From the IMG/VR virus record IMGVR_UViG_3300042502_001732, positions 79,933 through 143,932 of that record: a stretch of 64,000 nt of DNA; one strand, given 5' to 3'. Under the pieces are notes generated by a model. It was not told the DNA's origin. It made no database searches and saw nothing but the letters and a program-made list of their open reading frames with translations. A program made the translations under genes and the position numbers. Position 1 is the first letter of the stretch, and every line of letters starts with the position of its first letter. Below, piece by piece: positions 32,169-43,384 of this stretch. Origin of the DNA: a virus.

Positions 32169-32408
32169 TTATTTATTAGAATTTCCTATAATTATTGCTC
32201 TGCGATAGCTATAGTCGCTATGAAATTTTTGACCACGCCCAATGAGTGTTCCTTCAGCAAAGGTGTATTGTTTTCCTTCAATGAGGGTAACTGTCACCGG
32301 ATCATAGAGCGCCGAGGCGTTCAAGCTTTCGTTTTTTTCTCGTTGCGAGTCGTTCAATCCGCAACTTTGCAGCAGGATCACCAGTGGCAGCAAGCTTATC
32401 AATTTCAT
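32169..32408 (-). CDS. Lipoprotein, putative o-spanin
   Basis: Lipobox LQSC; overlaps the upstream membrane gene in another frame. Confidence 0.6.
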   Translation of the reverse strand: MKLISLLPLVILLQSCGLNDSQREKNESLNASALYDPVTVTLIEGKQYTFAEGTLIGRGQKFHSDYSYRRAIIIGNSNK

Positions 32409-32502
32409 CTTCGATTCGATCTATTTCAGACTCTCGTTGCCATGCCACCCATGATGCATAGGCATTGCATGCAGCGGCAATGGCAATGAGCAGTGTGTTC
32501 AT
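32302..32502 (-). CDS. Putative i-spanin-like protein
   Basis: N-terminal hydrophobic segment plus coiled coil; position in lysis cassette. Confidence 0.5.
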   Translation of the reverse strand: MNTLLIAIAAACNAYASWVAWQRESEIDRIEDEIDKLAATGDPAAKLRIERLATRKKRKLERLGAL

Positions 32503-32691
32503 TTATTCACCTTTATCTTTAGCCTTGCCAAAGTTTAATGCAAGAAAGTCAATGACTGCATAGAGCTTTGCAATGGCTGTTCCAGGAGCAGGCGTGGGAG
32601 TTGCTGCAGCGATTGCACTAGCAAGAGCAATAACAGCGGTTGCGATTCCAAACCAGCTTTGTGTCTGTACGAAGTTTATGAGTAGTTCCAT
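32503..32691 (-). CDS. Putative holin
   Basis: ALASAIAAATPTP...LALNFGKAKD; TATAAATA at 32741-32748. Confidence 0.6.
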   Translation of the reverse strand: MELLINFVQTQSWFGIATAVIALASAIAAATPTPAPGTAIAKLYAVIDFLALNFGKAKDKGE

Positions 32692-33005
32692 ATGCTTTAG
32701 TATTTGTTATTAGGCATAATATAGAGTCATTCACTAGTTGTATTTATACAAAAAGGCATATCAAAAAATGATATGCCTCTCTGATTTTATGTATGCTTAA
32801 ACAGGTGTTTAAAACCCGTTTAGTTTATCATATTCGCTTTTTAGATATTTTTTTACTGTATATTTTAGATGCAACCCTGAATTTTTCAGAGTCTTTTGTT
32901 TTATATATTCTTTTATTGCCGCGTTGTCACTTTGAAAAAAGCATGCGCTTGACCCATCAGACCACTTCATAATTATTACGATAGTGTCTTCTCGAGTCCC
33001 CTCTT

Positions 33006-33260
33006 TCATGCCCCATTGTATATTTTAGAGATGATGCCCTCAAAAGCTTTTACCTTGTCTAGCCGATTTGGCCAGTAAATATAATCCTTTTCTGGGTTTT
33101 TCTTTAGATTTGAGACAAGAGGCAAGATAGATTTATAGAGTGAATCAAGACGAGTCTGAAGTTCAATCACTTCATCTTCCTTTGCATTTGCTGCACGAAC
33201 TACCTCTAGTTCATCTTCTGCAACAGCAGTAAACCCAAAATCAAATACTTCGTCTGACAT
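33006..33260 (-). CDS. Conserved hypothetical protein of T4-like phages
   Basis: Start MSDEVFDFGFTAV; NLKKNPEKDYIYWPNR. Confidence 0.65.
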   Translation of the reverse strand: MSDEVFDFGFTAVAEDELEVVRAANAKEDEVIELQTRLDSLYKSILPLVSNLKKNPEKDYIYWPNRLDKVKAFEGIISKIYNGA

Positions 33261-33261
33261 A

Positions 33262-33591
33262 TCAAACCTTGGTTTGCGGTTTCTTACGAATTGCTGTCTT
33301 TTTATTTGCTCCCTTGACTGGTTGCTTTTTTGTCGCTGCTTTTTTAGCAGCATCTGCAGCAGCTTGCTTTATAGTTGGCTGTTTTTTTGCAGGATTTTTA
33401 TATACCGCTTTCTTTTTTGGTGCAGTTTGGTTTTTTACAACGGGCACTTCTACTGGTGTTGGCATTTTAAGCGGCTTCAGTTTACGCATCGCAATATACT
33501 CAGAGAAGAGTCGGCATGCAACGTAAAACAGGCTGCAAATCGCGCCAAGACTAAGGGTATATGCTAATATTGTAGTTATTGTTGTCATCAT
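33262..33591 (-). CDS. Membrane-anchored protein with Lys/Ala-rich tail
   Basis: N-terminal TM segment; AAKKAATKK low-complexity tail. Confidence 0.6.
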   Translation of the reverse strand: MMTTITTILAYTLSLGAICSLFYVACRLFSEYIAMRKLKPLKMPTPVEVPVVKNQTAPKKKAVYKNPAKKQPTIKQAAADAAKKAATKKQPVKGANKKTAIRKKPQTKV

Positions 33592-33893
33592 ATATTTTGT
33601 ATTTATCGTGGTTCTATAGTCATTTATAGATTTTTTATAGTAATTTTACGTTAGTTGTCCTCCAACCCATTCTTTGCTCCATACTGATATAGAGTCGGGT
33701 GTATAACAACCTTCTGGGATTGATGATGCCGCTTTGTTGTATTTTCCTGCTAACACATCACACAGGTGATTCCATTCTTCTGCATCAAAAACCATCTCTT
33801 TGCCTTCTTTATAGATACAAATTTTTTCTGGCTTATAAGAGCCGTCCCATTCTCTTAAAAGATTTGCTAGTACACTAATCATATTTGAGTTTC

Positions 33894-34103
33894 TTATTTC
33901 TTAATCTCTAGGATTTCCACCTTCACAATCTTTCGTGAAATCTCATTATGGAACGTATAGTCAGATCCAACATAGTAATCATCTACAATCTCTTGGATTG
34001 ATCTATCTATCAGCATTACTAAAAGAACATTAAAGCCAGTAGTGAAGCGGTCGCCGCCTTCAATTGTGATATTCAGTGTAGCTGTGATGTATTCGTTGGT
34101 CAT
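33894..34103 (-). CDS. Hypothetical protein, paralog of 17017-17265
   Basis: Near-identical core sequence. Confidence 0.7.
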   Translation of the reverse strand: MTNEYITATLNITIEGGDRFTTGFNVLLVMLIDRSIQEIVDDYYVGSDYTFHNEISRKIVKVEILEIKK

Positions 34104-34114
34104 ACCTTATTGTA

Positions 34115-34249
34115 TCAGAGTTCCTTCCGTATTTCCTTCTTACCATCCTTACGTACACGCTTATTTTGCACACGGCTCCAGTACTTGCGTAGATGCTTCC
34201 ACCATTGAACGGTCTTGACACCGCCTTTACTCTTTGCTGAACTGCTCAT
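34115..34249 (-). CDS. 44-aa basic peptide, copy 2
   Basis: MSSSAKSKGGVKTVQWWKHLRKYW. Confidence 0.65.
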   Translation of the reverse strand: MSSSAKSKGGVKTVQWWKHLRKYWSRVQNKRVRKDGKKEIRKEL

Positions 34250-34420
34250 ACTATCGGAGTTCCTTACGAACTATTTTCATTTGCTCATCATAAGCACCTG
34301 CGCGTCTCTCTTCCAGGACCTTATCAACAATATCACAACATTTTTCGAAGAGCTTGAAGCTCTCTTCAAACAGCTTTTGTTTGTCTTCTTTCATAGATTT
34401 ATCGAGTGTAATGGTTAGAT

Positions 34421-34723
34421 TTATTTAAGAACTGCATCGATTTTAGACAACATGCTCGCCGGAACTTTCCATCGACCGCCACTAGTTTGAACCGTGACAA
34501 ACTTAACGGCAATCTTGACAACATGTCCAGTGGTCGCACCTCCACTTCGTGGGTTTGTAAATTGAACATTGTCGCCGATATGAAGAGAAGCTTTGGTCTT
34601 TTGAGCAAGGCGAGTGCGGGCAAAGGTGATGGCTTGGATTATGCTATTGAGATCATCATTTGCAAAGCCTCCAGAGATGATGGCTGTATTGATGTCTTGT
34701 ACGCTGAGCGATGCTGTTTTCAT
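34421..34723 (-). CDS. Hypothetical phage protein (SH3-like C-terminus)
   Basis: LHIGDNVQF...WKVPASML. Confidence 0.65.
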   Translation of the reverse strand: MKTASLSVQDINTAIISGGFANDDLNSIIQAITFARTRLAQKTKASLHIGDNVQFTNPRSGGATTGHVVKIAVKFVTVQTSGGRWKVPASMLSKIDAVLK

Positions 34724-35400
34724 AGGTGGTGTGGTTTGTTGCTTACGTGGTTAGTTTCTTAGTCGATCGAGTCGTTCAACTCTTTGATGAGTTGAGCACG
34801 AGTGGTGATTTCGTCTTCGCGAGGGTCAAGTCTGAGCCAGTTGCCAAATTTGTCTTCAGCGATGAGGGTGATTTTGTTGACTTTGGTGACTGTCATGGAT
34901 TTGCGCTTGCATTCAGAGGTACGACCGTCGAACATCGAATATTGGAGGACGATTTCGTCTCCTACCTTGTAGGTTGCTTCTTGTTGCGGTGCTGTTTTAA
35001 TCAGTTTCATTTGGTATCGAATTGTTGCTTACATGGTTATTATAGCATAAACCGCGACAAAAGTACACAACTTTTTTCATAAAAGTGAAAAAAGGTCCCG
35101 GACGGTGTCCCCGTATAGAGAAAATGACCTCAGCAAGGCCATTCTGGGCGTGGTTTTGGCCACACAACCTCTAATCCGCGACACTTGAGAGCCTCAATCT
35201 CTTCGATCTTCGTGTATACCTCGAGTGCCTCTTCAAACGTGTCCCATCTTTTACCGCTTCTGTAAAAACTCGAGTCGACGTCAAATGGGTCAATGTCATT
35301 CCACATCCATAACGACTTGCGTTGAATATAGTATTTTTCATGTGACAGTTTTGTGTTTCTGTCGCGATAGTCTCTTACGATTCTGTATTTTGGCATAAGT

Positions 35401-35529
35401 TTATTCTTGTGTTTGTTTTTTCCCATCAGCGCGTACACGCTTGTTTTAAACGCGCTTCCAATATTTTCGAAGATGTTTCCACCATTGAACGGTTGGCACG
35501 CTACCTTTACTTTTTGCTGAGCTGCTCAT
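35401..35529 (-). pseudogene. Basic peptide copy 3 with in-frame TAA
   Basis: KRV*NKRV where copies 1 and 2 have Gln (CAG/CAA); TAA at 35446-35448. Confidence 0.6.
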
Positions 35530-35956
35530 GATTTTTACTAGGGTTGATCGTTTTTACTGTGCAGTGAAAGTTTGTTATGCAGTAAACAGTTAAGGTCACT
35601 GCTTAGCTCATTGATAGGGCGGCAGTTCCCACTTTTGCGGCACAAATGTCTTGCATGAAAAGTTATCGGTGCAAACGGTTAATGTATCATCATACTCTTT
35701 GAGTTTTTCCTTTAGTATCATAACCTCTGCTTCAAGACGATTAGCATCAAGTCGATAGCGCTCAGTAGTTTCTTTTGCTTGCTTTAGTTTCCATCGCACA
35801 CTGATAATATCATTGACTGCATTGGTCGCTTCTGCGATTGCATTGTCGCGCTCGCGTTCTAGTTTGCATGCATGTTCTGACATCTCTTCCCATGCTTCAT
35901 GATATGGGGTGTCTGACATAATTTGCGCATCCCATAGGGCGTCTGTTTCTAGTGTT

Positions 35957-36460
35957 TCACTCATGATCGCCTCCTTTTGTATCGGCAGTTTGCCTTTTCT
36001 GATAGCGATTAAAGAACGGTTTGAAACTGTTTGCATAATTGATAAGGTCTTTCAAACCCTTCGCCAGCTTATCACGTTCACTCTCTGCTTTCTTTAGATC
36101 TTTCTTTGCTTTCTTTAGATCCTTATCAATCAACTTCGCGCCAATTACTGCGGCATTGTAAAGTTTAACTGCTTCATTATAACGTTCAAATGCTGCATCC
36201 CGTTGATTGCATACCTCATTGCGTTCTTCTAACAGCAATTGCATATTGGGATGAGACAAATCCAGAATTGATTCTTTAAGCGTATCAAGTTGCTCCTGCA
36301 TACGATGCTCTCGTAGCACAGCAGTTTCATAGTTGTTGACTGCTTCATCGCGTTGCTGTTCTAGCTTACGAGCAACTGTTGCTGGCACAAAATAGTCACC
36401 TTCATCTGGATTGAATCCTAGAAAGATTTGATTTGCATCTGTGTCCGGTGTATTACTCAT
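35957..36460 (-). CDS. Coiled-coil protein, paralog of 23802-24212
   Basis: MSNTPDTD...ARKLEQQRD...LDLSHPNM. Confidence 0.65.
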   Translation of the reverse strand: MSNTPDTDANQIFLGFNPDEGDYFVPATVARKLEQQRDEAVNNYETAVLREHRMQEQLDTLKESILDLSHPNMQLLLEERNEVCNQRDAAFERYNEAVKLYNAAVIGAKLIDKDLKKAKKDLKKAESERDKLAKGLKDLINYANSFKPFFNRYQKRQTADTKGGDHE

Positions 36461-36642
36461 GATCTATTTTATTGACTGCGCATTGTAGTATCGTTGTAAC
36501 GGTTACATGCTGTTTAATCTGTGGTTTTGTTCCCATTTTTAGTTTCTCAACGTAAAAATCTAAAGCAATGTCCTGATCAAAAAAGATTGCATTTTTAAAC
36601 ACTTTATTTTTGTTTAGCCAAAGCACTTCGTATTTTATATCT

Positions 36643-36843
36643 TCACTCATAAGAAAATGTTTTTACTATTCTGTTTGGGTTTTTCATCAGTTTTATAACC
36701 ATATCTTCTGCGGCTTCTGCTGTTGCCCAAATTCCATAACTAAAATCTGTGATCCAAAACCAAAGAAACTTCTCTTGAATTGCATAGTATGTTCTAGCAG
36801 TTGGAACGTCTATACGTTCTACTATTCTATATAGTTCTTTCAT
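36643..36843 (-). CDS. YRIVERID-family small protein, copy 3
   Basis: YGIWATAEAAEDMVIKLMKNPNR shared with copies 1 and 2. Confidence 0.7.
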   Translation of the reverse strand: MKELYRIVERIDVPTARTYYAIQEKFLWFWITDFSYGIWATAEAAEDMVIKLMKNPNRIVKTFSYE

Positions 36844-36847
36844 AAGT

Positions 36848-37096
36848 TTATTCTACTACAGTTTCGGTCCACGTTCTGTATTGACGTTGCAGTCCTCGCT
36901 TCTTGTATTCTCTTTCGATGGTGTCATCGATATACGCGCTGCCATCTGCACCGATTACTTCGGCACCGCATGAACAGCAACGAAGAATAGGAATGTCTTT
37001 AATGGTAATGCTACCAAGAACATGTTCATCATAAGTTTCGGTGACGAACACCCGCTGCAGTGTGCCATTGCATTCCCAACATTTTTCATTTTTCAT
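36848..37096 (-). CDS. YgiT/MqsA-type zinc-finger protein
   Basis: CWEC...ITIKDIPILRCCSCG. Confidence 0.6.
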   Translation of the reverse strand: MKNEKCWECNGTLQRVFVTETYDEHVLGSITIKDIPILRCCSCGAEVIGADGSAYIDDTIEREYKKRGLQRQYRTWTETVVE

Positions 37097-37118
37097 CTAA
37101 TAAAGGTCTCCTTCAAAT

Positions 37119-38072
37119 TTATGCCTCCCAACTTGTAACGAGCATTGATTCTACGCTCGGGATATCAAGTAAGTTTCTTCCACCGGAGTAAGAAACCGCA
37201 CTTTGAAGGTCCTGTTCTATCTCGAGCAATTTTTCTGCATAGGTCATTGTGTCAAGATCTAGTGCACGCTTAACTCCTTCAACGTTTCGATATTCACCCT
37301 TGTTGTATTGAGAAGCACTTCCAAAATAAACTTTTTGACCGTCAATCATTTCAGCCGGTGAATCAATACATCGACTAAATAGACCACCAACCATAACCAT
37401 CTCTGCTCCGGCGTGAATTGATTTTACAATGTCGGCATGCTCACGAACTCCGCCATCTGCAATTATTGGTGGATCATCGAGTTCTCGCACACGATCAATG
37501 AGTGTGATACAACTATACATTGGAAAAGTAAAGCCAGTTTTGTTTTTTGTGCTGCACACACCTCCACCGCCAATACCAACTTTTACAGCATCTGCCCCCC
37601 ATTCAACAAGCCTGCGATAGCCTTCGGGAGTGCAGACATTGCCGGCAATAATTTTTGTATCAAGAGACAGCGAAGAAATATGACTCAACATCTCTTTCAT
37701 AAGAATGCTATCACCATGAGCAATGTCGATTGTGACATAGTCTAACTTTAAATCTTCTGCTGCGATCTGCTCAAGTAGATATTTGTCAACTTCTTGCACA
37801 CCTACGCTGATGCTGACTGTTTTCCAACCTTGGGCAGCGCGAACAAATTCAAGGTTATCGACACCGAAACGATGCATGACATAGAAATAGCCATGCTCAC
37901 TCAGCCATTTTGCATGTGATTCGTTTATGACACATACCATATTCGAAGGCACAACTGGCAATTTAAATTGTGATCCTAAAAATACTGTAGAAACTTCAGC
38001 TCTTTGACGAGTCTTTAGGCTACTATAGCGAGGCAGCAAACATATGTCTTTATATTGATATGCAGTTTTCAT
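37119..38072 (-). CDS. guaC: GMP reductase
   Basis: DIAHG, IAGNV, KVGIGGGGVCST, IIADGG, YFGSAS, NVEG. Confidence 0.9.
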   Translation of the reverse strand: MKTAYQYKDICLLPRYSSLKTRQRAEVSTVFLGSQFKLPVVPSNMVCVINESHAKWLSEHGYFYVMHRFGVDNLEFVRAAQGWKTVSISVGVQEVDKYLLEQIAAEDLKLDYVTIDIAHGDSILMKEMLSHISSLSLDTKIIAGNVCTPEGYRRLVEWGADAVKVGIGGGGVCSTKNKTGFTFPMYSCITLIDRVRELDDPPIIADGGVREHADIVKSIHAGAEMVMVGGLFSRCIDSPAEMIDGQKVYFGSASQYNKGEYRNVEGVKRALDLDTMTYAEKLLEIEQDLQSAVSYSGGRNLLDIPSVESMLVTSWEA

Positions 38073-38632
38073 TTGTCGTATTTTTCAAAAATTATAAGTG
38101 TGCCAATTGCAAGTGAAGTCATGAGAATACAATAGAGTACTATGGTTAAATCATTCATAGTCATATCCTATTTTATGAGTCTCGATCCAGCGATAATTTC
38201 TTTTATCACCTACACGCTCAATAGTCATATGACCATTTTCATATGCTTCACGATGTGTTTCATTAACACCCATCCAAAAACCAGCAATCATACACAAAGC
38301 AGTATGAATGACCAATAAAATTACAATAACAATATTCATAATTTAAGAATTCATCACCTTCAATAAATCTCTTCTATTTTCAATATAAAATTGTTCATCG
38401 GCAATTTTTACTAGCATACCTTTTTCTCCCATATCATTGTCATAGATGTACCACATAATCCAACTATATGGATCAATAATATCTACTGTATCTTCAAATG
38501 CTTTCCAAACTGTATTGTAGATTGGACCATCTGGGTCTAAACACCCGACTTCGACTGCAGAGTCGATCACGCGCTTCAATGCAATATATGAATCTAAAAT
38601 TTTATTTAGTTCTTCAATAGTCAGTTGTTTAT

Positions 38633-39304
38633 TCATCTTATTTCTCCGATTTCTAGTTCGTCTAATATTGTACTCACACATCCATCAAAGTCAACTGAAG
38701 AAGAGGTATGAAAATGACCAGCGTAATGGCGACTCGCACCACAAAGTTTTAAAAGTATATCATGATCTTTGCGTTCTTGTACACACTCATCCCAAAGAGT
38801 AGAGTCACGATCACACCAACCTGAGATTCCAGACTTATCACACGGTCCATTCCATGTTGGAGCACTGTGCGTAATGAGTACATCACATCGCTTTATCTTA
38901 GAAACATCCAAGACAAACTTTTCATCTGCCCAGTATGAAATGCCCTGTGCTCTCATACGTCGATCGACACTGACAGCGCCACCAACAAACAAAAATTCTT
39001 TATCATCTAGAGTCATTGATGTATAATCTGGAAGCAACTTGAAATTACTCATGCTTATCTTTCCATCAAAATATGCTGGGTCATCATGATTGCCGCGAAT
39101 GCCTAAAAAATCGATGTTTCGACTTTTGAAAAAGGTGTTGATATATTCAAACTGACGATCCTGTTGCTTCTCGAGTTTAAAACCGACTCCAAGGTCACCA
39201 ACACCGATCAAGACAAAATCACGAATATCGCCAGCTTTTATCTTAAGAAAAAGCGCATCCCACTTGCCATGAATGTCTCCTACTACAAAGATTGGCTTGT
39301 TCAT
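38633..39304 (-). CDS. Calcineurin-like metallophosphoesterase
   Basis: GDIHG, GDLG, GNHD, THSAP, GHFH. Confidence 0.88.
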   Translation of the reverse strand: MNKPIFVVGDIHGKWDALFLKIKAGDIRDFVLIGVGDLGVGFKLEKQQDRQFEYINTFFKSRNIDFLGIRGNHDDPAYFDGKISMSNFKLLPDYTSMTLDDKEFLFVGGAVSVDRRMRAQGISYWADEKFVLDVSKIKRCDVLITHSAPTWNGPCDKSGISGWCDRDSTLWDECVQERKDHDILLKLCGASRHYAGHFHTSSSVDFDGCVSTILDELEIGEIR

Positions 39305-39855
39305 AATTATTATTTACTCTACTCTATTAGCTATTGACGCACTCCAATCCAAAATGAACTGAGCATCTTCTTCACTCAATACCACCTCTCTGCCATCCGT
39401 GAGATTAGCAATTGGAGTATTGCCATCATACCAAAATCCTTGTACTGTATTAATATCAATCATATTGTTGCTTACGTGGTTATTATTAGGCATATTGAAG
39501 CAGCGCTTCTGGCGAGTTTGCATACTCTTCAAGAATTTCATAAAGTTCCTGTAGAGCTTCTTGATGAGAGTAGTATTCCTCAATGCTTATTTCCCATTTG
39601 TCGCGAAGAAGTCTAGTATTGGTAAACGTTCCAGTGATAAACTTATCTCCTTCTTTTACTACTTCGGTGGTGAAATACTCACCATTTGACATCTTGATCT
39701 CTACTGTTCCGTAATGTTTGTCGTCGTTGGTCATTCTGGTATCGAATTGTTGCTTACATGGTTATTATAGCATAAACCGCGGCAAAAGTACACAACTTTT
39801 TTCATAAAAGTGAAAAAAGTCCCCAAAGTTAAGCCCCGTATAGAGAAACAGACCT

Positions 39856-40773
39856 TTAGGAGGCAAAAAAGGTGCTCAGAATATGAGCAATTGCATTGTC
39901 TTTTGCCTTGAGTTCGACTTCCCAGGTGACGTCACGATTTGCAGAGACTACATGTGGGAGATGGGTTGCATAGTCAGTATGACTACGAGTGCTGCCAATA
40001 CCTTCGCTCCAATGAAACACAGGAGTATATTTTCCCCAACTTTGGCGAAATCGAGAGATGCTTTGAGACGAGTCGCATGACGGGTTGCACGTGTCATGAA
40101 GATTGTCATAGACGAGTGGAAGATGCCCTGCAAAATGTGTGTAGAGATTCTCGCAATTCCAGTATGCCTTGTCTTCGTTTTCTAACACAAGTCGATGACG
40201 AACGCCACGACTACAACGGGCGAGATTTGCACAAAAGCGAGACACATACTCGCCAATAGTTTCACGCTTAAAGTCAGGGCTCTTGTTGAGATGCAGACAC
40301 ATTGGAGAACTATAGTTTGCTTTACATCCCATCATATCAAGCACATATGACTGATGGTCAAGTTCGCGAATAGTCTTGTCTACAACATCAGGGTTATAAC
40401 TTGATAGGACATTAAACTGATCGGGATGTGAGCTGCATGTGATGTCATGCTGCCGAGCAAATTCACCAGCCTTCGCAAGGTTGCTTGCGATATCATCAAA
40501 CCCATGCAGGTCGTCGTAGCGCAACTCGAGCGTATGATCAGTAAGCAACGGGAAAATTGAACTCGACACACGATAGTGACGAGCACCTGAGTCGATGCAT
40601 GCCTGGAGTGTACGCAAGATGTGCTGCGAATTATGAAGTATACGCTCGGATAGTACTTGCAACCCACGCTCACGACCAAGAGTTACAAACTGCTTGCGAG
40701 TCATCGTCTTTGCTGAGATCTTTTGGTATGTCAGTCTTTCACTTATGCAAACTAGTCCCAGTCGTGGTGTCAT
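39856..40773 (-). CDS. uvsE: UV-damage endonuclease
   Basis: RLGLVC, YRVSS, HPDQF, LENED, DNLHD, HWSE, EVELKAKD. Confidence 0.9.
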   Translation of the reverse strand: MTPRLGLVCISERLTYQKISAKTMTRKQFVTLGRERGLQVLSERILHNSQHILRTLQACIDSGARHYRVSSSIFPLLTDHTLELRYDDLHGFDDIASNLAKAGEFARQHDITCSSHPDQFNVLSSYNPDVVDKTIRELDHQSYVLDMMGCKANYSSPMCLHLNKSPDFKRETIGEYVSRFCANLARCSRGVRHRLVLENEDKAYWNCENLYTHFAGHLPLVYDNLHDTCNPSCDSSQSISRFRQSWGKYTPVFHWSEGIGSTRSHTDYATHLPHVVSANRDVTWEVELKAKDNAIAHILSTFFAS

Positions 40774-40815
40774 GATGTATTATACCCTAAAAGCGTCAAT
40801 TTGTAAACAAAAAAA

Positions 40816-41142
40816 TGGTGGATGTGTGGAGGATCGAACTCCAGTCCATGACTTCTCGGCAATATACTTCTACAATTTATTGATTGATGTTAGGACAATC
40901 ACAACCTAGATTGTTGTCGAGCAATCCCGCATCAATATTCGAATCGATGAGTCTATTATATTTTCGATATACAACTATCCGACCCTACTCTGTACCAACG
41001 CATGTTATCGGAGTTGATGCGTTGGTGCGGTTATGCCGCGAGAGCTAGTGTATCTTTTTCGTTTTTCTCTTGCACTTAGAGTCGTGCAGACTGTGCATTG
41101 CATATATTGCTTCAAATGTCATGTCGAAACCATGTCACACCC
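40816..41142 (-). ncRNA. ssrA: tmRNA
   Basis: GGGTGTG/CACATCC-ACCA with G3-U70; D-loop GGTTTCGAC; tag frame ...EKDTLALAA-stop. Confidence 0.9.
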
Positions 41143-41371
41143 GTTTAAGTTATTATTTTATTTATCTCATTATGTATATTATCATCTAGACCTCCCCATG
41201 ACCAATATTGTTTACAAACAGTTGGTACATCACTAGGATACATCCAAGTAAACGCATCTTGCATGAAATTTACGTGCCAATTGACCAAGTGTATTAAATT
41301 CACTAATACGAACAAGTCTCAATCTTGGCATCATGATGTATTATACACCAAATCTACTTATTTGTACACAA

Positions 41372-42025
41372 CTATTGTGATCGTACTAAATTCAACAATT
41401 GTGTTTTATTATGCAACCCTACTGTAAAATTTGCATGAAATGCTAAGGCATCACTATCTAAAACAAAATGCGGAGAATCTGGACTCCAAAGGCCGAGTTC
41501 TAGATTGCCATATGTCGTAAATTTGAGACTAAGTGGAATATATTTTAAACCTGAATGCGGTAACATCTCATTTATTACAGTTTGGTCACATTCCTTTGCT
41601 GCATAATATTCTTTATTACAAATGAGAGCTTCTTTTACATTATTAAAAAAGTTAATAGTTTCAGGACATACCCGACATACAAAAAGTCCGGCACATAATG
41701 CGTTTTTGCTATCTTGTTGAAATGCAATATGAGAGTCTCCAAGTTCTTCTAACATTGTAGTTACTATGTTGCCTCTTACGCATATATCACTATCTAGATA
41801 TATGAGTGCATCACCATATTGCAAAGCCTCAAGTTCAGTGATAATATGGTGTGTTTTATTATAACATGCATTAAAAAATGCCTCACTTTGAAAGTCTCCT
41901 TCGCAACTATTATCAAGATATGCAATCTTACATTCATGTTTGCAATGTAACAAAATTTCATTATAAAGCTTTTCAGTAAAGTTTTGATGACGAGCCGAAC
42001 AAACTGTTAAAAGCAAAACTTTCAT
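41372..42025 (-). CDS. Nucleotide-diphospho-sugar transferase
   Basis: YLDSDI (DxD), CAGLF, DQTVIN, FHAN. Confidence 0.8.
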   Translation of the reverse strand: MKVLLLTVCSARHQNFTEKLYNEILLHCKHECKIAYLDNSCEGDFQSEAFFNACYNKTHHIITELEALQYGDALIYLDSDICVRGNIVTTMLEELGDSHIAFQQDSKNALCAGLFVCRVCPETINFFNNVKEALICNKEYYAAKECDQTVINEMLPHSGLKYIPLSLKFTTYGNLELGLWSPDSPHFVLDSDALAFHANFTVGLHNKTQLLNLVRSQ

Positions 42026-42717
42026 GCCAGTAATGTTTCAATGTCTTTGATTATATCATCTTGCAATCCTCCCCATGACCAATATTGCTTACAATATTCT
42101 GGAACTTCGCTTGGGTGACACCATGAAAATGCTTCAGGATAAACTTTATGCGCCCATTGACCAAGAGTATTAAACTCACTAAATTCATTACGCTGTTGTT
42201 GGCATATCCATTGTTCAAGGCTGCAACTATGTTTTTTCATTATCCATGCTCTAAACTCGTTATATATCCATCGTGGATATATAATTGGATGTCTTCTCAT
42301 ATATTCATAACTATCATACCAACCAAGAGTCTTTTCAGAGATCGCATTCCATGGACTATTAGAACATTCTTCGCGAAGCATAATAGGTTTGTTATCTTTA
42401 AAAAAACAAGTTGGTGAAAAATCTTTATAAAAAATACAGTCACTATCAACATGAAGAATATAGTCAGATAAACACCACGTGTCTGCATGTAATTTAGTAA
42501 TCTGTTGCGCAAGATAGCCATCACATTGATCAACTGTGCCATGTACATTCTCTGCTGTAAGGTGAGCGAGCAGTTGAACATCAGATTCTGGGACTACAAG
42601 ATGAAGAGTTTCAAACTCTTTACCATATTTATGTATACTTTTTAAAGAATGCCACAACCATTTAAAGTCATTGCGATACGAACGTATGAGTATATCAGTT
42701 TTCATTGCGGTATGCAA
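42022..42717 (-). CDS. Glycosyltransferase-like protein
   Basis: GYLAQQITKL, VDSD, FSEFNTLG. Confidence 0.65.
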   Translation of the reverse strand: MHTAMKTDILIRSYRNDFKWLWHSLKSIHKYGKEFETLHLVVPESDVQLLAHLTAENVHGTVDQCDGYLAQQITKLHADTWCLSDYILHVDSDCIFYKDFSPTCFFKDNKPIMLREECSNSPWNAISEKTLGWYDSYEYMRRHPIIYPRWIYNEFRAWIMKKHSCSLEQWICQQQRNEFSEFNTLGQWAHKVYPEAFSWCHPSEVPEYCKQYWSWGGLQDDIIKDIETLLA

Positions 42718-43358
42718 AGTATGTCATATTGTTCACCAACTTCAGGGAATGGTATTATGTCATAACCAAATTGAGACAGAAAGTTTTCAATATCATGCGC
42801 AGTTTTGCCATTTTGCGCAAGGGCACCGACATTAATTTCAATCCAAAAAACTGGACGATATTTTGAAATTGTTTCTTTTGCTCCTTCTAAAGCATTGAGT
42901 TCATAACCCTCAATATCAAGCTTAAAAAAATCAAGAGCAGACAGGTTTAGTGAGTCTAGTGTTATAGTTTTTATGCAAAATGAACCATCACCAGACTGTT
43001 GTGATATTCGGCCAGCTCCAGCATTATTATCTACTGAATAGTTTACTTCTTCGTCACAGTTTGATAGTCCACAATTAAATAAATTTGCTGAACCGCAATT
43101 ATATTGTAAACATTCAAAGGCTGCAGGATTTGGTTCAAATGCATAAACGTCTCCATTTTTACCAACTGCATCACAATATGCAAGTGTGTGGTCGCCTATA
43201 AATGCACCAGCATCAACAACTGTATAACCAGGTTGTATATATTCTAAAATGATTGGCAACGCGTAGCGATCATGATCGAGGCGGCCACTTTCTTCAACCC
43301 AACGTGATATATGAGTATCATTCTCTAAAATCGCAATGTTTTCACGCGTTATTTTCAT
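42702..43358 (-). CDS. FkbM-family methyltransferase
   Basis: VDAGAFIG, AFEPNP, FKLDIEGYE. Confidence 0.88.
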   Translation of the reverse strand: MKITRENIAILENDTHISRWVEESGRLDHDRYALPIILEYIQPGYTVVDAGAFIGDHTLAYCDAVGKNGDVYAFEPNPAAFECLQYNCGSANLFNCGLSNCDEEVNYSVDNNAGAGRISQQSGDGSFCIKTITLDSLNLSALDFFKLDIEGYELNALEGAKETISKYRPVFWIEINVGALAQNGKTAHDIENFLSQFGYDIIPFPEVGEQYDILCIPQ

Positions 43359-43384
43359 ATATTTTATTTATAATAAATAATAAC

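Noticed and set aside
35446-35448. Stop-codon reassignment
   Set aside because: Single case; long genes read normally in the standard code and no suppressor tRNA was seen
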